This document shows, piece by piece, positions 1 to 9,789 of a stretch of DNA of 64,000 nucleotides. Under the pieces are notes generated by a model. It did no database searches. It worked only from the letters and a program-made list of their open reading frames with translations, and was not told where the DNA came from. How positions within the stretch are numbered: position 1 is the stretch's first letter; each line of letters opens with the position of its first letter. Made by a program: the position numbers and the translations under genes. Source of the DNA: Eledone cirrhosa (taxonomy: Eukaryota); NCBI GenBank assembly GCA_964016885.1, contig OZ024753.1, positions 22,444,001 to 22,508,000 on the forward strand, read 5' to 3'.

Positions 1-1356
1 CGAGGCAAAAAATACGCCACCGTAGACGTACTTTTTGCCACACCCCAGGAGGCAAAGGCCCAATCAGTAGTGACCCTAAGGAGCGAGGAAATGGTGTTGG
101 TGCCCTCCTACTGCGGGCAAAAAATTGTGAGGGTCAAACTGACCCACGTCCCCCCCGGAATGACCCCTTCTTGGCTGGCCGCGTCTGTCCTCGTCGGAAT
201 CGAGGACAAAACAACTGTACTGCAAGTACAGAAAAAAGTAAGAGAAGATTGGGTCGGCTCCTCCATTGAGATGCTAATCCAAACCAACCAGGAGTGCATC
301 GAAGCTATCCCGGATGTGATAGACTTCGATAACGGCACTCAACTGCCCATAAGTGTTGAGGGCAAACGCCCGAAATGCTTTCGCTGTGGATCGAAGACTC
401 ACCTCAGGGCCTTCTGCAACGAGAAGACCCTGAGAAAGGAGAAAACCCCCCTCCTCCCGAATCCGGTTCCACGGCTACCAGCAACAGGACAAGCGGCAAC
501 CAGGAACGATAGGTCCGTGGCACCCATACCCACTCCACGGAAATCAAAGACAGCAGCAGCAGTGGAAATATTAACAACAACAACAGCAATACCAAATGCA
601 GCTGCAACAGAGACTCCAGTGCAAACATCACCAACAACAACAAGTGAAAGAGTGGAGCTGGTACCCCTCCCCGACCTTACAGAATCAGACATGGAGTGTG
701 AGGTGGGAGAGGGATGGCAAAAGGTCTCAAGAAGGCACAAACGCAGAAGCAGCGCATCGTCGCCTTTGAAAAGGGAGGAAAGAAATGAGAAAAGGGTAAA
801 GTCTACTGCAAAGAGACCCACAGCAGCAACACCACCAACACCATCACCACCCACACCAGCACCACCATCACCACCGGCGACAACCCCACCGCCAACAACA
901 CCTTCAACACCACCACCACAAGCACCAACATCGCAAACACAACAACAAAACACACACACCCAGCAACAACGACAAGAAAATAGCAGAACCACACCCCACC
1001 CCCAGAAAAACAAATGCACGGCAATAAACACACACAACAAGAAACTAATGACTTACATAATTGAACACACAGACATTTCACAACAGGACTACATAATACC
1101 AGCACCAATCAAAACGCCAACTAACATAAGACTGCTAAAAATAGCACAGAAACAATACACAAACATTAAAACGAAATTCCCCAACGCAGTTGGTGATTTC
1201 AGGGACCTAGGAGGAACCATTAATCGAAGAGTATATTCAGACATTCTCTTAGAAGAGCCGACGACCAGCCGAAGGGACGATTCAACGGTCCCTTCACCAG
1301 ACGATCAAGTGAAAAGGGATGTAAAAACCATCCCTCCTCTACCAAAAATACGGTAA
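1..1356 (+). CDS. LINE ORF1 (nucleic-acid-binding protein with CCHC zinc knuckle and Pro/Thr-rich region), 5'-partial
   Basis: CFRCGSKTHLRAFC = CX2CX4HX4C. Frame +1 is open from base 1 (RGKKYATVDVLFAT...), so the real start is upstream of the called GTG at 70. Confidence 0.85.
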   Translation, partial: RGKKYATVDVLFATPQEAKAQSVVTLRSEEMVLVPSYCGQKIVRVKLTHVPPGMTPSWLAASVLVGIEDKTTVLQVQKKVREDWVGSSIEMLIQTNQECIEAIPDVIDFDNGTQLPISVEGKRPKCFRCGSKTHLRAFCNEKTLRKEKTPLLPNPVPRLPATGQAATRNDRSVAPIPTPRKSKTAAAVEILTTTTAIPNAAATETPVQTSPTTTSERVELVPLPDLTESDMECEVGEGWQKVSRRHKRRSSASSPLKREERNEKRVKSTAKRPTAATPPTPSPPTPAPPSPPATTPPPTTPSTPPPQAPTSQTQQQNTHTQQQRQENSRTTPHPQKNKCTAINTHNKKLMTYIIEHTDISQQDYIIPAPIKTPTNIRLLKIAQKQYTNIKTKFPNAVGDFRDLGGTINRRVYSDILLEEPTTSRRDDSTVPSPDDQVKRDVKTIPPLPKIR

Positions 1357-1391
1357 GTGGTCTTTCCCATCTTTTCCACTCTATTTTAAAC

Positions 1392-4300
1392 ATGACCTCA
1401 CTCAGAATAGGCAGCATAAATGCGCGTGGCTTGGGGTCGTCATGGAAGCAGGGTCACCTGCTCAACGACCTCAGGTCACTAAACATAGATGTAGTGGCCA
1501 TCAGCGAGACCAGAATCTCCGAAGCACGGGCCTTCGCACCGATCTTCGGCGGCTACGATGTGTACGCATCTCCCAGCCGTCCTGGATCGGGTGGAGGAGT
1601 TGCTGTGCTTTTTCGGAGAGGTTTGGATCTCGCCATACGGGCCATCTTCCTGGACCCAGAGGGTAAGCTGGTGGTGCTGGACGTGACCAGCGGAGACGGG
1701 CAAGCTTTCAGGCTAGTGGCCGTCTATGCCCCGACAGGAGCAGGGCGGCCTGATTTCTTCCGGCGTCTGGAGACCTTTCTTGGAACGTCGCGCTCTTTAG
1801 TGTTAGTGGGCGACTGGAACGGGATCTTAGATGCACGCTGGGACTGTGTGGGATTAGCGGATAGGGGTGGAGGGTGCAAGAGCCTCACCAACCTGCTCAG
1901 GCGTTTTGAACTGTCTGACAGGTACCGATTGGATTTCCCGAATGTGCCAATGTGGACTTGGACAAACCGCATAGGGTCATCCAGATCATATCTAGATAGA
2001 GTATTTTGTAGGGAAATAGATAGGTCTAGCATAGGCTGTCCACAATTCAAGATAGTCAGCTACACGGACCACAAATTCGTGATCTGTGTGCTTGACTTAG
2101 ATAGGCTTCATAGACGAGGACCCGGCTACTGGAAGCTAAACGCGTCCTTACCAGCGCGCAAGGCCTACAGAGACCGGATTAGCGAACTAGTTAAGCGGGC
2201 GTTGACGGGGGCCATCGTCAACAACAAGTGGTGGTTTGCTCTGAAAAGAGCGATTAGAATAGAATCGATTAGGTTTAGCAAGGCTTTAGCAATAGAGAAA
2301 AATAGAGCAGAGGGAGAACTAGTTAGAAAATTAGACGAGGCGCTTAGCAAAGGCATTGCGACCGACGTGCTTGCGGCGAAATTGGCCCTTGACCAATTCT
2401 TCAATGCAAAGCACGAAGGCTGCGTTGTCAGAGCTAGGGTGCGTGCTCTCAGACACGAGGGGACGAAAGCCGTTCAATGGGCCCGAGTGGCGGAGGCGCG
2501 TCGTGGCAACAAAGCCACGATCCGGTCTTTGGTGGACCACGACGGGCGCATGCTACTCGATCCCGGGCAAATGTGTGAAGCTTTTCAGCGACACTTCGCT
2601 CAGCTGTTCGGGGGCAGCGGGGGGCCGGGTAGAGGGATGGACTTTAGTGTCTACCTCGACGGACTGCCGCGGCTCTCGGCCACTGAGGCGAAGTGTTGCG
2701 AAAAGCCGATAACAGCCGCTGAAGTAAGGGAGGCAATGACTGGCTGCACAAGGGGTAAATCGCCTGGTTTGGATGGTCTGCCCTATGAACTTTACGTACA
2801 GATGCCAGACTTGTTCGGAGGCCTCTTGGCGGACGTCTACTGCAACTGGCAACAGAACGGGAGAATTCCCAGTTCTGTGAGCCGAGGAGCGGTGGCACTG
2901 CTGAGAAAGGATCCGAACAAGGGGGATAACATAGACAATTTCCGGCCCATAACTCTGCTAAACACAGAGTTTAAGATTTTGGCCAAGGTGCTAGCAAAGA
3001 GGTTGGCGCTTGTCGTTGGTGGTCTGGTGGGAGAGGCGCAGACATTCGCCATTCACGACAGATCCATCCACGACAACCTCCACCTCATGCGATACATCGT
3101 AGAGAGGGTAGCTAGGGAACCTGGCACGGGTGGGTCCTTGATCAATTTAGATCAGTCGAAAGCTTTCGATAGGGTCGACCATCGTTACCTAGCGGCAGTC
3201 CTGAGGGCGGCTGGCTTTGGGCCCGTCTTCAGAGGCTGGATCGCTGCCATGCACAGCGACATCTGCTCTGTGGTGAGAGTGAACGGTCACCTGTCGGAAC
3301 CGTTCAACATCATGCGCTCGGTCCGCCAAGGATGTCCCCTCTCGTCCCTCTTGTACGTATTGACTCTCGAGCCATTACTGCACAAACTGGAGACGTTGAG
3401 GGGAGTCCCGCGCGAACTAGGATGCGGAAGATCCGTGTCAGCATATGCGGACGATGTCACCGTAGTGGTGTCGAACGCCAAACACATCGAGGCGATCGGC
3501 ACTACACTAAGAGAATACGAAGCGGTGACAGGAGCAATGATCAACCAGGAAAAGTCAGTGGGCCTGCAGCTCGGCACCTGGAGAGGCAGGTCCATGCCGT
3601 CCAACAGCGTCGTCGGGCGCTGGACGGACGGACCGGTTAAATTGCTAGGGGTCTGGTTCGGTCCGGACCTCCAGACGGACAAAAACTGGGACGAGGTGAC
3701 GAGCAGGGTGGCTTCTCTCACCCAGAAATGGGCGGAGAGGAAGCTATCCCTGAAAGGTCGAGCGGAGGTGGCTAACGCGTACATCGCGTCTGTCATCTGC
3801 TACCGCCTAACCGTCGTACCTTGTCCTAAGCCTCGCCTGACTGCGCTGGAGCGTTTGCTCTTTCGCTTTTTGTGGAAGGGACGTGCTCCGATGGTCAGGC
3901 GGTCCATCTGTTGTCAACACCCGCTACGTGGAGGGCTGGGCATGCCGTGGCTGATGATGCGCAGGCACGCGCTCAGGCTACGACATCTCCACCTCTTCCT
4001 CGACGGTGATCAGGTGTGGTCGCCGTTTGCTAGACGCGTTTTTCCCCAGCTCGTTTCCTTGACGGAGCTGCAGTCCTGGGTCAAGCGAAGACCGAGAGGG
4101 AGCGCCTGGAGACTGGAATGTCTTCAGGCGCTCACAGCCCTCGACCAATCGGGCAATGTGATCGGTGGAAACTCCACCTCGGCGTTCTATAGAGGATTAG
4201 TGGAGGGGAAGAGCGACGACGTACTTGGGGAAACTCTAGGCGTCGACGAAAATCAACTAGCCAATCTCTTCGGAAGAACCTTCGGGCCAGGGCCTATGGA

Positions 4301-4811
4301 CAACTTCCAGAAATCTCTGGCCTGGCAGTGCTACCGAGGAGCCTTGCCAGTTCGGGATAAACTCTACAGGCATGGAGGTGCCGTCAGCCGGGCATGTCCG
4401 AGATGCGCGCAGGGCGACGAAACCGTCCTGCACGCACTCGTCCAGTGTCCGAAAATTGCTGACTTGTGGGTTTATGTCGAACACCTGCTGTCGCGTTTAG
4501 GACGGATCCAGCTATCATCTGAGTCTATCGTGAGGATTGCCCCGCCCTCCTCCTTTAGCCGGGAAGGGCAGGCAGTTTTTATCTGTCTGGTGGCCATGGC
4601 GAAAGAGATAGTATGGTGGACACGTTTGAAAGGGCTGAAGACGAGCACTTACCTCTTCGGTGATGCTCTGATTGACTTTTTCAAATTTCATTTGAAAAGG
4701 AAAATCAGAGTAGAGAAGGAAGTGCTCTCTTCCCAGCATTTTGTTGAAAGATGGGTGAGAGAAGCAAGAATGGCCCGAGTGAATGGGCCGACTCTGAGTA
4801 TATATCTGTAA
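1392..4811 (+). CDS. LINE ORF2: apurinic-like endonuclease, reverse transcriptase, C-terminal zinc finger (Tx1-like)
   Basis: 1139 aa uninterrupted. APE motifs SIN.RG, ISET, VGDWN, SYLDRVF, TDH; RT motifs RPITLLN, DQSKAFDRVDH, QGCPLS, AYADD; CPRC-x8-H-x4-C finger. Confidence 0.96.
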   Translation: MTSLRIGSINARGLGSSWKQGHLLNDLRSLNIDVVAISETRISEARAFAPIFGGYDVYASPSRPGSGGGVAVLFRRGLDLAIRAIFLDPEGKLVVLDVTSGDGQAFRLVAVYAPTGAGRPDFFRRLETFLGTSRSLVLVGDWNGILDARWDCVGLADRGGGCKSLTNLLRRFELSDRYRLDFPNVPMWTWTNRIGSSRSYLDRVFCREIDRSSIGCPQFKIVSYTDHKFVICVLDLDRLHRRGPGYWKLNASLPARKAYRDRISELVKRALTGAIVNNKWWFALKRAIRIESIRFSKALAIEKNRAEGELVRKLDEALSKGIATDVLAAKLALDQFFNAKHEGCVVRARVRALRHEGTKAVQWARVAEARRGNKATIRSLVDHDGRMLLDPGQMCEAFQRHFAQLFGGSGGPGRGMDFSVYLDGLPRLSATEAKCCEKPITAAEVREAMTGCTRGKSPGLDGLPYELYVQMPDLFGGLLADVYCNWQQNGRIPSSVSRGAVALLRKDPNKGDNIDNFRPITLLNTEFKILAKVLAKRLALVVGGLVGEAQTFAIHDRSIHDNLHLMRYIVERVAREPGTGGSLINLDQSKAFDRVDHRYLAAVLRAAGFGPVFRGWIAAMHSDICSVVRVNGHLSEPFNIMRSVRQGCPLSSLLYVLTLEPLLHKLETLRGVPRELGCGRSVSAYADDVTVVVSNAKHIEAIGTTLREYEAVTGAMINQEKSVGLQLGTWRGRSMPSNSVVGRWTDGPVKLLGVWFGPDLQTDKNWDEVTSRVASLTQKWAERKLSLKGRAEVANAYIASVICYRLTVVPCPKPRLTALERLLFRFLWKGRAPMVRRSICCQHPLRGGLGMPWLMMRRHALRLRHLHLFLDGDQVWSPFARRVFPQLVSLTELQSWVKRRPRGSAWRLECLQALTALDQSGNVIGGNSTSAFYRGLVEGKSDDVLGETLGVDENQLANLFGRTFGPGPMDNFQKSLAWQCYRGALPVRDKLYRHGGAVSRACPRCAQGDETVLHALVQCPKIADLWVYVEHLLSRLGRIQLSSESIVRIAPPSSFSREGQAVFICLVAMAKEIVWWTRLKGLKTSTYLFGDALIDFFKFHLKRKIRVEKEVLSSQHFVERWVREARMARVNGPTLSIYL

Positions 4812-5072
4812 ACTAAAGGTGGAAAACTGGGAGAGGGCACTTGCCTTGGTGGTCAGGGTCATTGTGGCTTTTTACTGGGCTTTCTCCACAAATGTCCCTC
4901 CGAAGTCTCCCCCCTATTGGGGAATTTTTCATTGTTATTTTCATTGTTATTTTTGTTACATCCTCTATTTTTGTTTTTTTTACACGCAGAAATGCCCATT
5001 TGTACCGTCCTGCATTGTCCTGCACTGTCCTTAATGTCTACTTTATGTAAACCCTTGTGGTTAATAAAGAAA

Positions 5073-5074
<2 letters not shown>

Positions 5075-5110
<36 letters not shown>

Positions 5111-5122
5111 GTTATTGTTATT
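5075..5122. repeat. (ATT/TTA)n microsatellite shared by two tail-to-tail LINEs
   Basis: Direct reading; two GTT variants near the right end. Confidence 0.95.
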
Positions 5123-8100
5123 CCTTGAATCTCAGTCATTGATGTTGGTTAACTGGAAAGTCCGTTGGATTGAATATCAAGCCACTACCTGCAGCCTCAG
5201 ATATTCAGGACGTATCGGAGGGTTCTTGCCGTTCCAAGCAAGCATGCCTTTTGAAGCGTTCCAAAAAGCGTGAAGGGGCCGATTTTCTTTAACCATCCCT
5301 GGAAACCTTTGGAGATAGTCCCCAGTGCGCCTATGACAATCGGGATCACTTTGACTTCATGGCAGTTCCAAATCCTTTTCACCTCCCACTTTAGGTCCTG
5401 GTATCGGTTAATTTTCTCCCTCTCCTTCTCTTGCACTCTCGTGTCGAACGGGCAGGCCACATCCACAATCAGGCACGATCTTTTTTCTTTGTCCACAACC
5501 ACCAGGTCAGGTCTATTGTGTTCCAGTTTTTTGTCCGTCTGTATCCTAAAATCCCACAGCACCTTCACCTGACTGTTCTCCATCACCGCCTCTGGCCTAT
5601 GCTCATACCATTTCTCAGAATGTGGTAGATTGTTTACTTTGCACAGGTGCCAGTGGATCACCCTGCCCATCACATCGTGTCTCCAGCCCTTATAGTGGGT
5701 CTGGGCTAGGTGTTTACACTCGGACACAATGTGAGCCACAGTCTCCTCTCTCTCTCCACAGATCCTGCACAGTGGGCTAGCCTCCTCCTTGTAGATATGG
5801 TGCTTCAACCACTTCGTTTTGAGGGCCTGCTCCTGCGCAGCCATTAGCATTCCTTCTGTAGCCTTTTTGAGGTCTCCTCTTCTCAACCAGTTCCATGTCT
5901 GTGGATCTCTAAATTCAGTTTTCTCAAAGAAGGTACTATGAAGGGATTTTCCCTTAAGGCTGCTCTTCCTCCTTGATGTTATTTCCTCCTTGGGTATCCC
6001 CTGGCCTACTCTCCCCTCCTTCAGTACAGCTCTGAGCATTGGCTCCTTACTATAGGTCACGTATTTGTATAGGTTGTTTTTCTCCATCTGAACACAGTCC
6101 TCTATGCTGATAAGACCTCTTCCACCCTCAGATCTCCTTAGGTAGAGTCTATCGACATCACTCCTCTTGTGGAACATGTTGTAGATAGTCAATAGCTTCC
6201 TAGTCTTCCTATCCATTTCTTTTTGTTCAGCAACATTCCATCTCAGAATTCCCGCACTGTACCTAATAATAGACACAGCTCGGGAGTTTACTGCGCTTAT
6301 GGCATTTCTGCTGTTCAGATGTGACTTCAATACGCTCCTTACTCTCCGAATGTATTCAGTTCTTAACAATTCCTTCATTTTTTTGTTCTTTATGCCATCA
6401 GCCTCCAGAACGCCCAAATACTTGTATCCTTCCTCAGAGTCAATTTCCTTTATCATCTCACCTGTTGGTATCTGGATCCCGTTACTTCTGCTCAACCTAC
6501 CCCTCCTCATCACAATGACTCCACATTTACCAATACCAAACTGCATACATATATCACTGCTGAAAATACGGACAGTGTCAACAAGCACATCCAACTCCTT
6601 CTCACTTTTCCCGAAGAGCTTAAGATCGTCCATGAAGAGGAGGTGATTGATGGTAAGCTCTCCCCTTCCCAACTTGTATCCTGCTCTCACTTTTCGCAGC
6701 ATAATGGTCAAGGGCATCAGGGCAAGGACAAACAACAGAGGGGACAGGCTATCTCCCTGGAAGATACCTCTCTTGATCTTCACGCTTCCCAAGGATACTC
6801 CAGTTGATGTCAACTCTGTCTCCCAGGACCCCATACTCCTGCCCAGCAACTCTCTGATGTTATCTGCCACCCTGAAGATCTCCAGGCTTTTGGTGATCCA
6901 GGAATGAGGCACCATGTCAAATGCCTTTCTGTAGTCTATCCATCCCATGGCAAGATCAGTGTGTCTCCTCCTGCAATTCCCCATTACCATCTTATCAATA
7001 AGCAACTGGTCCTTTGTACCACGTGACTTCTTTCGGCATCCTTTCTGTTCGTCCGGCAACAAGTTGTTTGTGTGGAGGTGATGGTAGATTTCCTCAGACA
7101 CAATGCTCGTCAACAGTTTCCACATTACGGGCAGACATGTGATAGGTCTATAGTTGGTAACATCATTACCCTTGATTCGGTCTTTCATTATCAGAACTGT
7201 GGTACCTTTTGTCAACCACTCTGGCACCTCACCCGACACCAAGCAGTCATTGAACATGGCCGTCAGCTTCGGGTGGAGGGATGTTAAATGTTTAATCCAA
7301 TACCCCTGCACACCATCTGGGCCTGGTGATTTCCAGTTGGTTAGTTTTTTGGCTTGCCCCTTAAGAGTTTCAACTGTGATACTCAAATCAGTCTGTTGCT
7401 GTGCCTGCTCACCGATCTCCCTCTGTACTGTCTCAATCCACCCTGCCTGGGCATTGTGTCTAACATCCTGCTCCCATATTCCTCTCCAGAATGTTTTAGC
7501 TTGTTCCGCCCCAGGGATCAAGTCGGTGCCTCTTTCTTTCCCCTCAAGCTGTCCAAACAGCATCTTCTGGTTGTTGTCGAACATGCGGTTCTGTTTATAC
7601 TGACTGACTCTGTTCTCGTATCGCCTGATTTTGGCACTCTTTGCTACAATGCGTTGCTTCAATTCCTCTATGATAATATTTAGCTTTTTACTCCTAGTTT
7701 TGTATTTTATTTCCAGTCTATTTTTAGTGCCTATGTTTTTTAGTGTCCCATTCAGTAGTGACTCAAGCTTTCCTATGTCATTTCTCATTTCCCCGATTTG
7801 CCCACTCAGTCGCTTCTTCCACCACGGCTCTGCTCTTTCTTGTCTGTTGTTTCCTCTCGCTTTTATACCAAGTAGTTTCCTCACCGTATTTGCTGTTGCT
7901 TTGAGGATATTGTTGCACTGGTGAAGACTCCTCGCCTCAAGGTATGGGATGACTTTGTTTACCTTAGCTGTTGTTTCTTTTAACTTTTTCCTGTCTACAA
8001 ATCTTAGGTTCATAGGTCTCCCACTATCATTGTTCAACTCATCTACCACTAAATTTAGGATGTCAACCGAATCTTGTCCTAGCCCGTCAGCATTCATCTC

Positions 8101-9631
8101 CTCAGTGGCCGTATCTCTGTTCCAGGTATTATTTATCTCAGTATTCAGATCATTGTCTGCTTCGGGTGGTTCCTCCGCTCTCAGGACCTCCTCACCTTCA
8201 TTTCCCGCCGGCTCGCTTGTCTGGCATACTACACCCGCCATCTCCAAGCCATTCTCTCTGCTCAGTTCCTCCAGTTCCAGCTCGCTTATCCACCCATTAG
8301 TTCTTATTACCCGAGCCTGCCCGGCCAATTTTTGTTCATCTAATTTAAATAAACCAATCTCGTTCCAGATGTTATGCATCCGTCTCCTGTAGCCCCTCTC
8401 CTTGGGGTTACTTTTCAGGTAGCATTGCATAACAGTTCTATTCAATTCTTTCGTCCAGTTGGTTCTGGCCCCTTTCCTTCTTCTTCTTCCTCCAACATCA
8501 GCAGTATTTCGTTGACAGTCAGGTTCCTGCTGCTGAGCCAGGGGGCACCTGTTGGGTGAGAGTCTGTCACATGACGTTCTAGTCTCCATTTCACCGTTAT
8601 TCGAACTGTTTATGTTCGATATTTAAACACTCATATCGAGGATTGGCGAATGTATGTTTACATAGCCATCTGTGGATCCGCCATCCCACTTGGCCCTTGT
8701 GTGGCATTATCACCACGCTGTATACGGACACACATAAACAAACAAACACACGGGCAGAAAGGGCCCCAAAAATGAATAAGCATAAGTTTCATTGTAATGT
8801 AGTATTCGAATGTCTGACTTAGTTTTTGTTTTTTAAGTTTTACTTTTTCCCCCCTCTTCTCTGTCCGTCCGCCTGCCTCTCTCTTCATTCTTATTTTCTT
8901 TACGTTTTGGGGGTTTCTTTTTTTGTTTTTGTTTTTCTCTGTTTTTCTCGTTTTTTACTGTTGTTGCTGTGCTGCTTTTGTTGTTTATTTTTTCTTTTTT
9001 CTTTTGAGTCTATCTATATATTTTGATGCCTTCCTCTTTTTTAGCAGTAGGGATTCTATAATGTGGTGGCAGCAGCCAGCTAAAAGAAGAAGTGGGAGAC
9101 TGGCGGCGGTAGCGATACTGAGACAGTGGTGGTGGTGATGTCGATACCGAGGCAGTGGTGGCGGTGATGTGACCGTATTACTGTAGCGATGGTGCTGTAG
9201 CGGTGGCAGCAGTGAAGGAGTGAAGGGGTGGTGGCGGCGGTGATGGGATAATGGTTGTAATGATGGCCGTAGTGATCGGTGGTGGTTTAGTGTACACAGG
9301 TGATAGGGTGGGTGGTGTATCTAGTTTCTGGTGTTGGTGAGTTTGGCTGTTCTATATAGTGTATACAGAGGAGGAGGGGGGGGGGGGTTCTTCTTCCATT
9401 TATAGCCATTTTCTTTTTTGGATATACAGTGTACAATACAAAGTTGAATATTTGAATATTTGAGCCTTATAACAATATATTTTGGGTCCGAATTTTTTGG
9501 GGCTCAAGCCGGGTGCTTTACGTAGCATTTGTACTAAGAGTTGTTATTTCACAAATGGTTTAAATATGTTAAAAATTCAAAACTTACGGGAGCGATTTCA
9601 TGACCTCCGTCACCTCGTGCGTCTTCTTCCC
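5123..9631 (-). mobile_element. R4/Dong-type site-specific non-LTR retrotransposon, probably full length
   Basis: Single RT + restriction-like endonuclease ORF, ~75-bp 3' UTR, bounded on both sides by (TAA)n on the minus strand. The 5' boundary at 9631 is inferred from the second tract. Confidence 0.8.
5197..8589 (-). CDS. Reverse transcriptase with CCHC finger and PD-(D/E)xK restriction-like endonuclease (R4/Dong clade)
   Basis: 1130 aa uninterrupted. YRPITCL, DYRKAFDMVPH, QGDSLSP, FMDD, YKYLG; CRIC-x8-H-x4-C, RHD, RPDLVVVD...IVDVACP, K..RY.DL. Confidence 0.95.
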   Translation of the reverse strand: METRTSCDRLSPNRCPLAQQQEPDCQRNTADVGGRRRRKGARTNWTKELNRTVMQCYLKSNPKERGYRRRMHNIWNEIGLFKLDEQKLAGQARVIRTNGWISELELEELSRENGLEMAGVVCQTSEPAGNEGEEVLRAEEPPEADNDLNTEINNTWNRDTATEEMNADGLGQDSVDILNLVVDELNNDSGRPMNLRFVDRKKLKETTAKVNKVIPYLEARSLHQCNNILKATANTVRKLLGIKARGNNRQERAEPWWKKRLSGQIGEMRNDIGKLESLLNGTLKNIGTKNRLEIKYKTRSKKLNIIIEELKQRIVAKSAKIRRYENRVSQYKQNRMFDNNQKMLFGQLEGKERGTDLIPGAEQAKTFWRGIWEQDVRHNAQAGWIETVQREIGEQAQQQTDLSITVETLKGQAKKLTNWKSPGPDGVQGYWIKHLTSLHPKLTAMFNDCLVSGEVPEWLTKGTTVLIMKDRIKGNDVTNYRPITCLPVMWKLLTSIVSEEIYHHLHTNNLLPDEQKGCRKKSRGTKDQLLIDKMVMGNCRRRHTDLAMGWIDYRKAFDMVPHSWITKSLEIFRVADNIRELLGRSMGSWETELTSTGVSLGSVKIKRGIFQGDSLSPLLFVLALMPLTIMLRKVRAGYKLGRGELTINHLLFMDDLKLFGKSEKELDVLVDTVRIFSSDICMQFGIGKCGVIVMRRGRLSRSNGIQIPTGEMIKEIDSEEGYKYLGVLEADGIKNKKMKELLRTEYIRRVRSVLKSHLNSRNAISAVNSRAVSIIRYSAGILRWNVAEQKEMDRKTRKLLTIYNMFHKRSDVDRLYLRRSEGGRGLISIEDCVQMEKNNLYKYVTYSKEPMLRAVLKEGRVGQGIPKEEITSRRKSSLKGKSLHSTFFEKTEFRDPQTWNWLRRGDLKKATEGMLMAAQEQALKTKWLKHHIYKEEASPLCRICGEREETVAHIVSECKHLAQTHYKGWRHDVMGRVIHWHLCKVNNLPHSEKWYEHRPEAVMENSQVKVLWDFRIQTDKKLEHNRPDLVVVDKEKRSCLIVDVACPFDTRVQEKEREKINRYQDLKWEVKRIWNCHEVKVIPIVIGALGTISKGFQGWLKKIGPFTLFGTLQKACLLGTARTLRYVLNI

Positions 9632-9698
<67 letters not shown>
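9632..9698. repeat. (TTA)n microsatellite
   Basis: Perfect tract of about 22 units. Confidence 0.97.
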
Positions 9699-9789
9699 CG
9701 GGGTCGATAAAATAAAGTACCAGTAATGCAGTGGGTATTTTCTGGCCTTGTGCCAAATGTAGAAACAATTATTATCATTATCATTATTT
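9699..9789 (+). mobile_element. SINE 3' half with (ATT/ATC)n tail
   Basis: cggggtcgataaaataaagtaccagtaatgca...ggccttgtgccaaatgtagaaaca is near-identical to the 3' half of the SINE at 11401-11595. Confidence 0.85.

Larger units (their letters stand above)
1..5074 (+). mobile_element. Tx1/L1-clade non-LTR retrotransposon, both ORFs open; 5' end lies outside the window
   Basis: ORF1 with gag-type zinc knuckle, 35-bp spacer, ORF2 with APE + RT + zinc finger, ~260-bp 3' UTR with AATAAA at 5063-5068, then (ATT)n from 5075. Confidence 0.93.

Noticed and set aside
399-8559. Antisense and alternative-frame ORFs overlapping the LINE ORFs
   Set aside because: Shadow ORFs of GC-rich or low-complexity coding sequence with no recognisable motifs.
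8660-8770. Canonical HDV-like ribozyme upstream of the Dong ORF
   Set aside because: A P1-like stem exists, but I could not identify the L3 motif, the P1.1 GG pair or the catalytic C junction.
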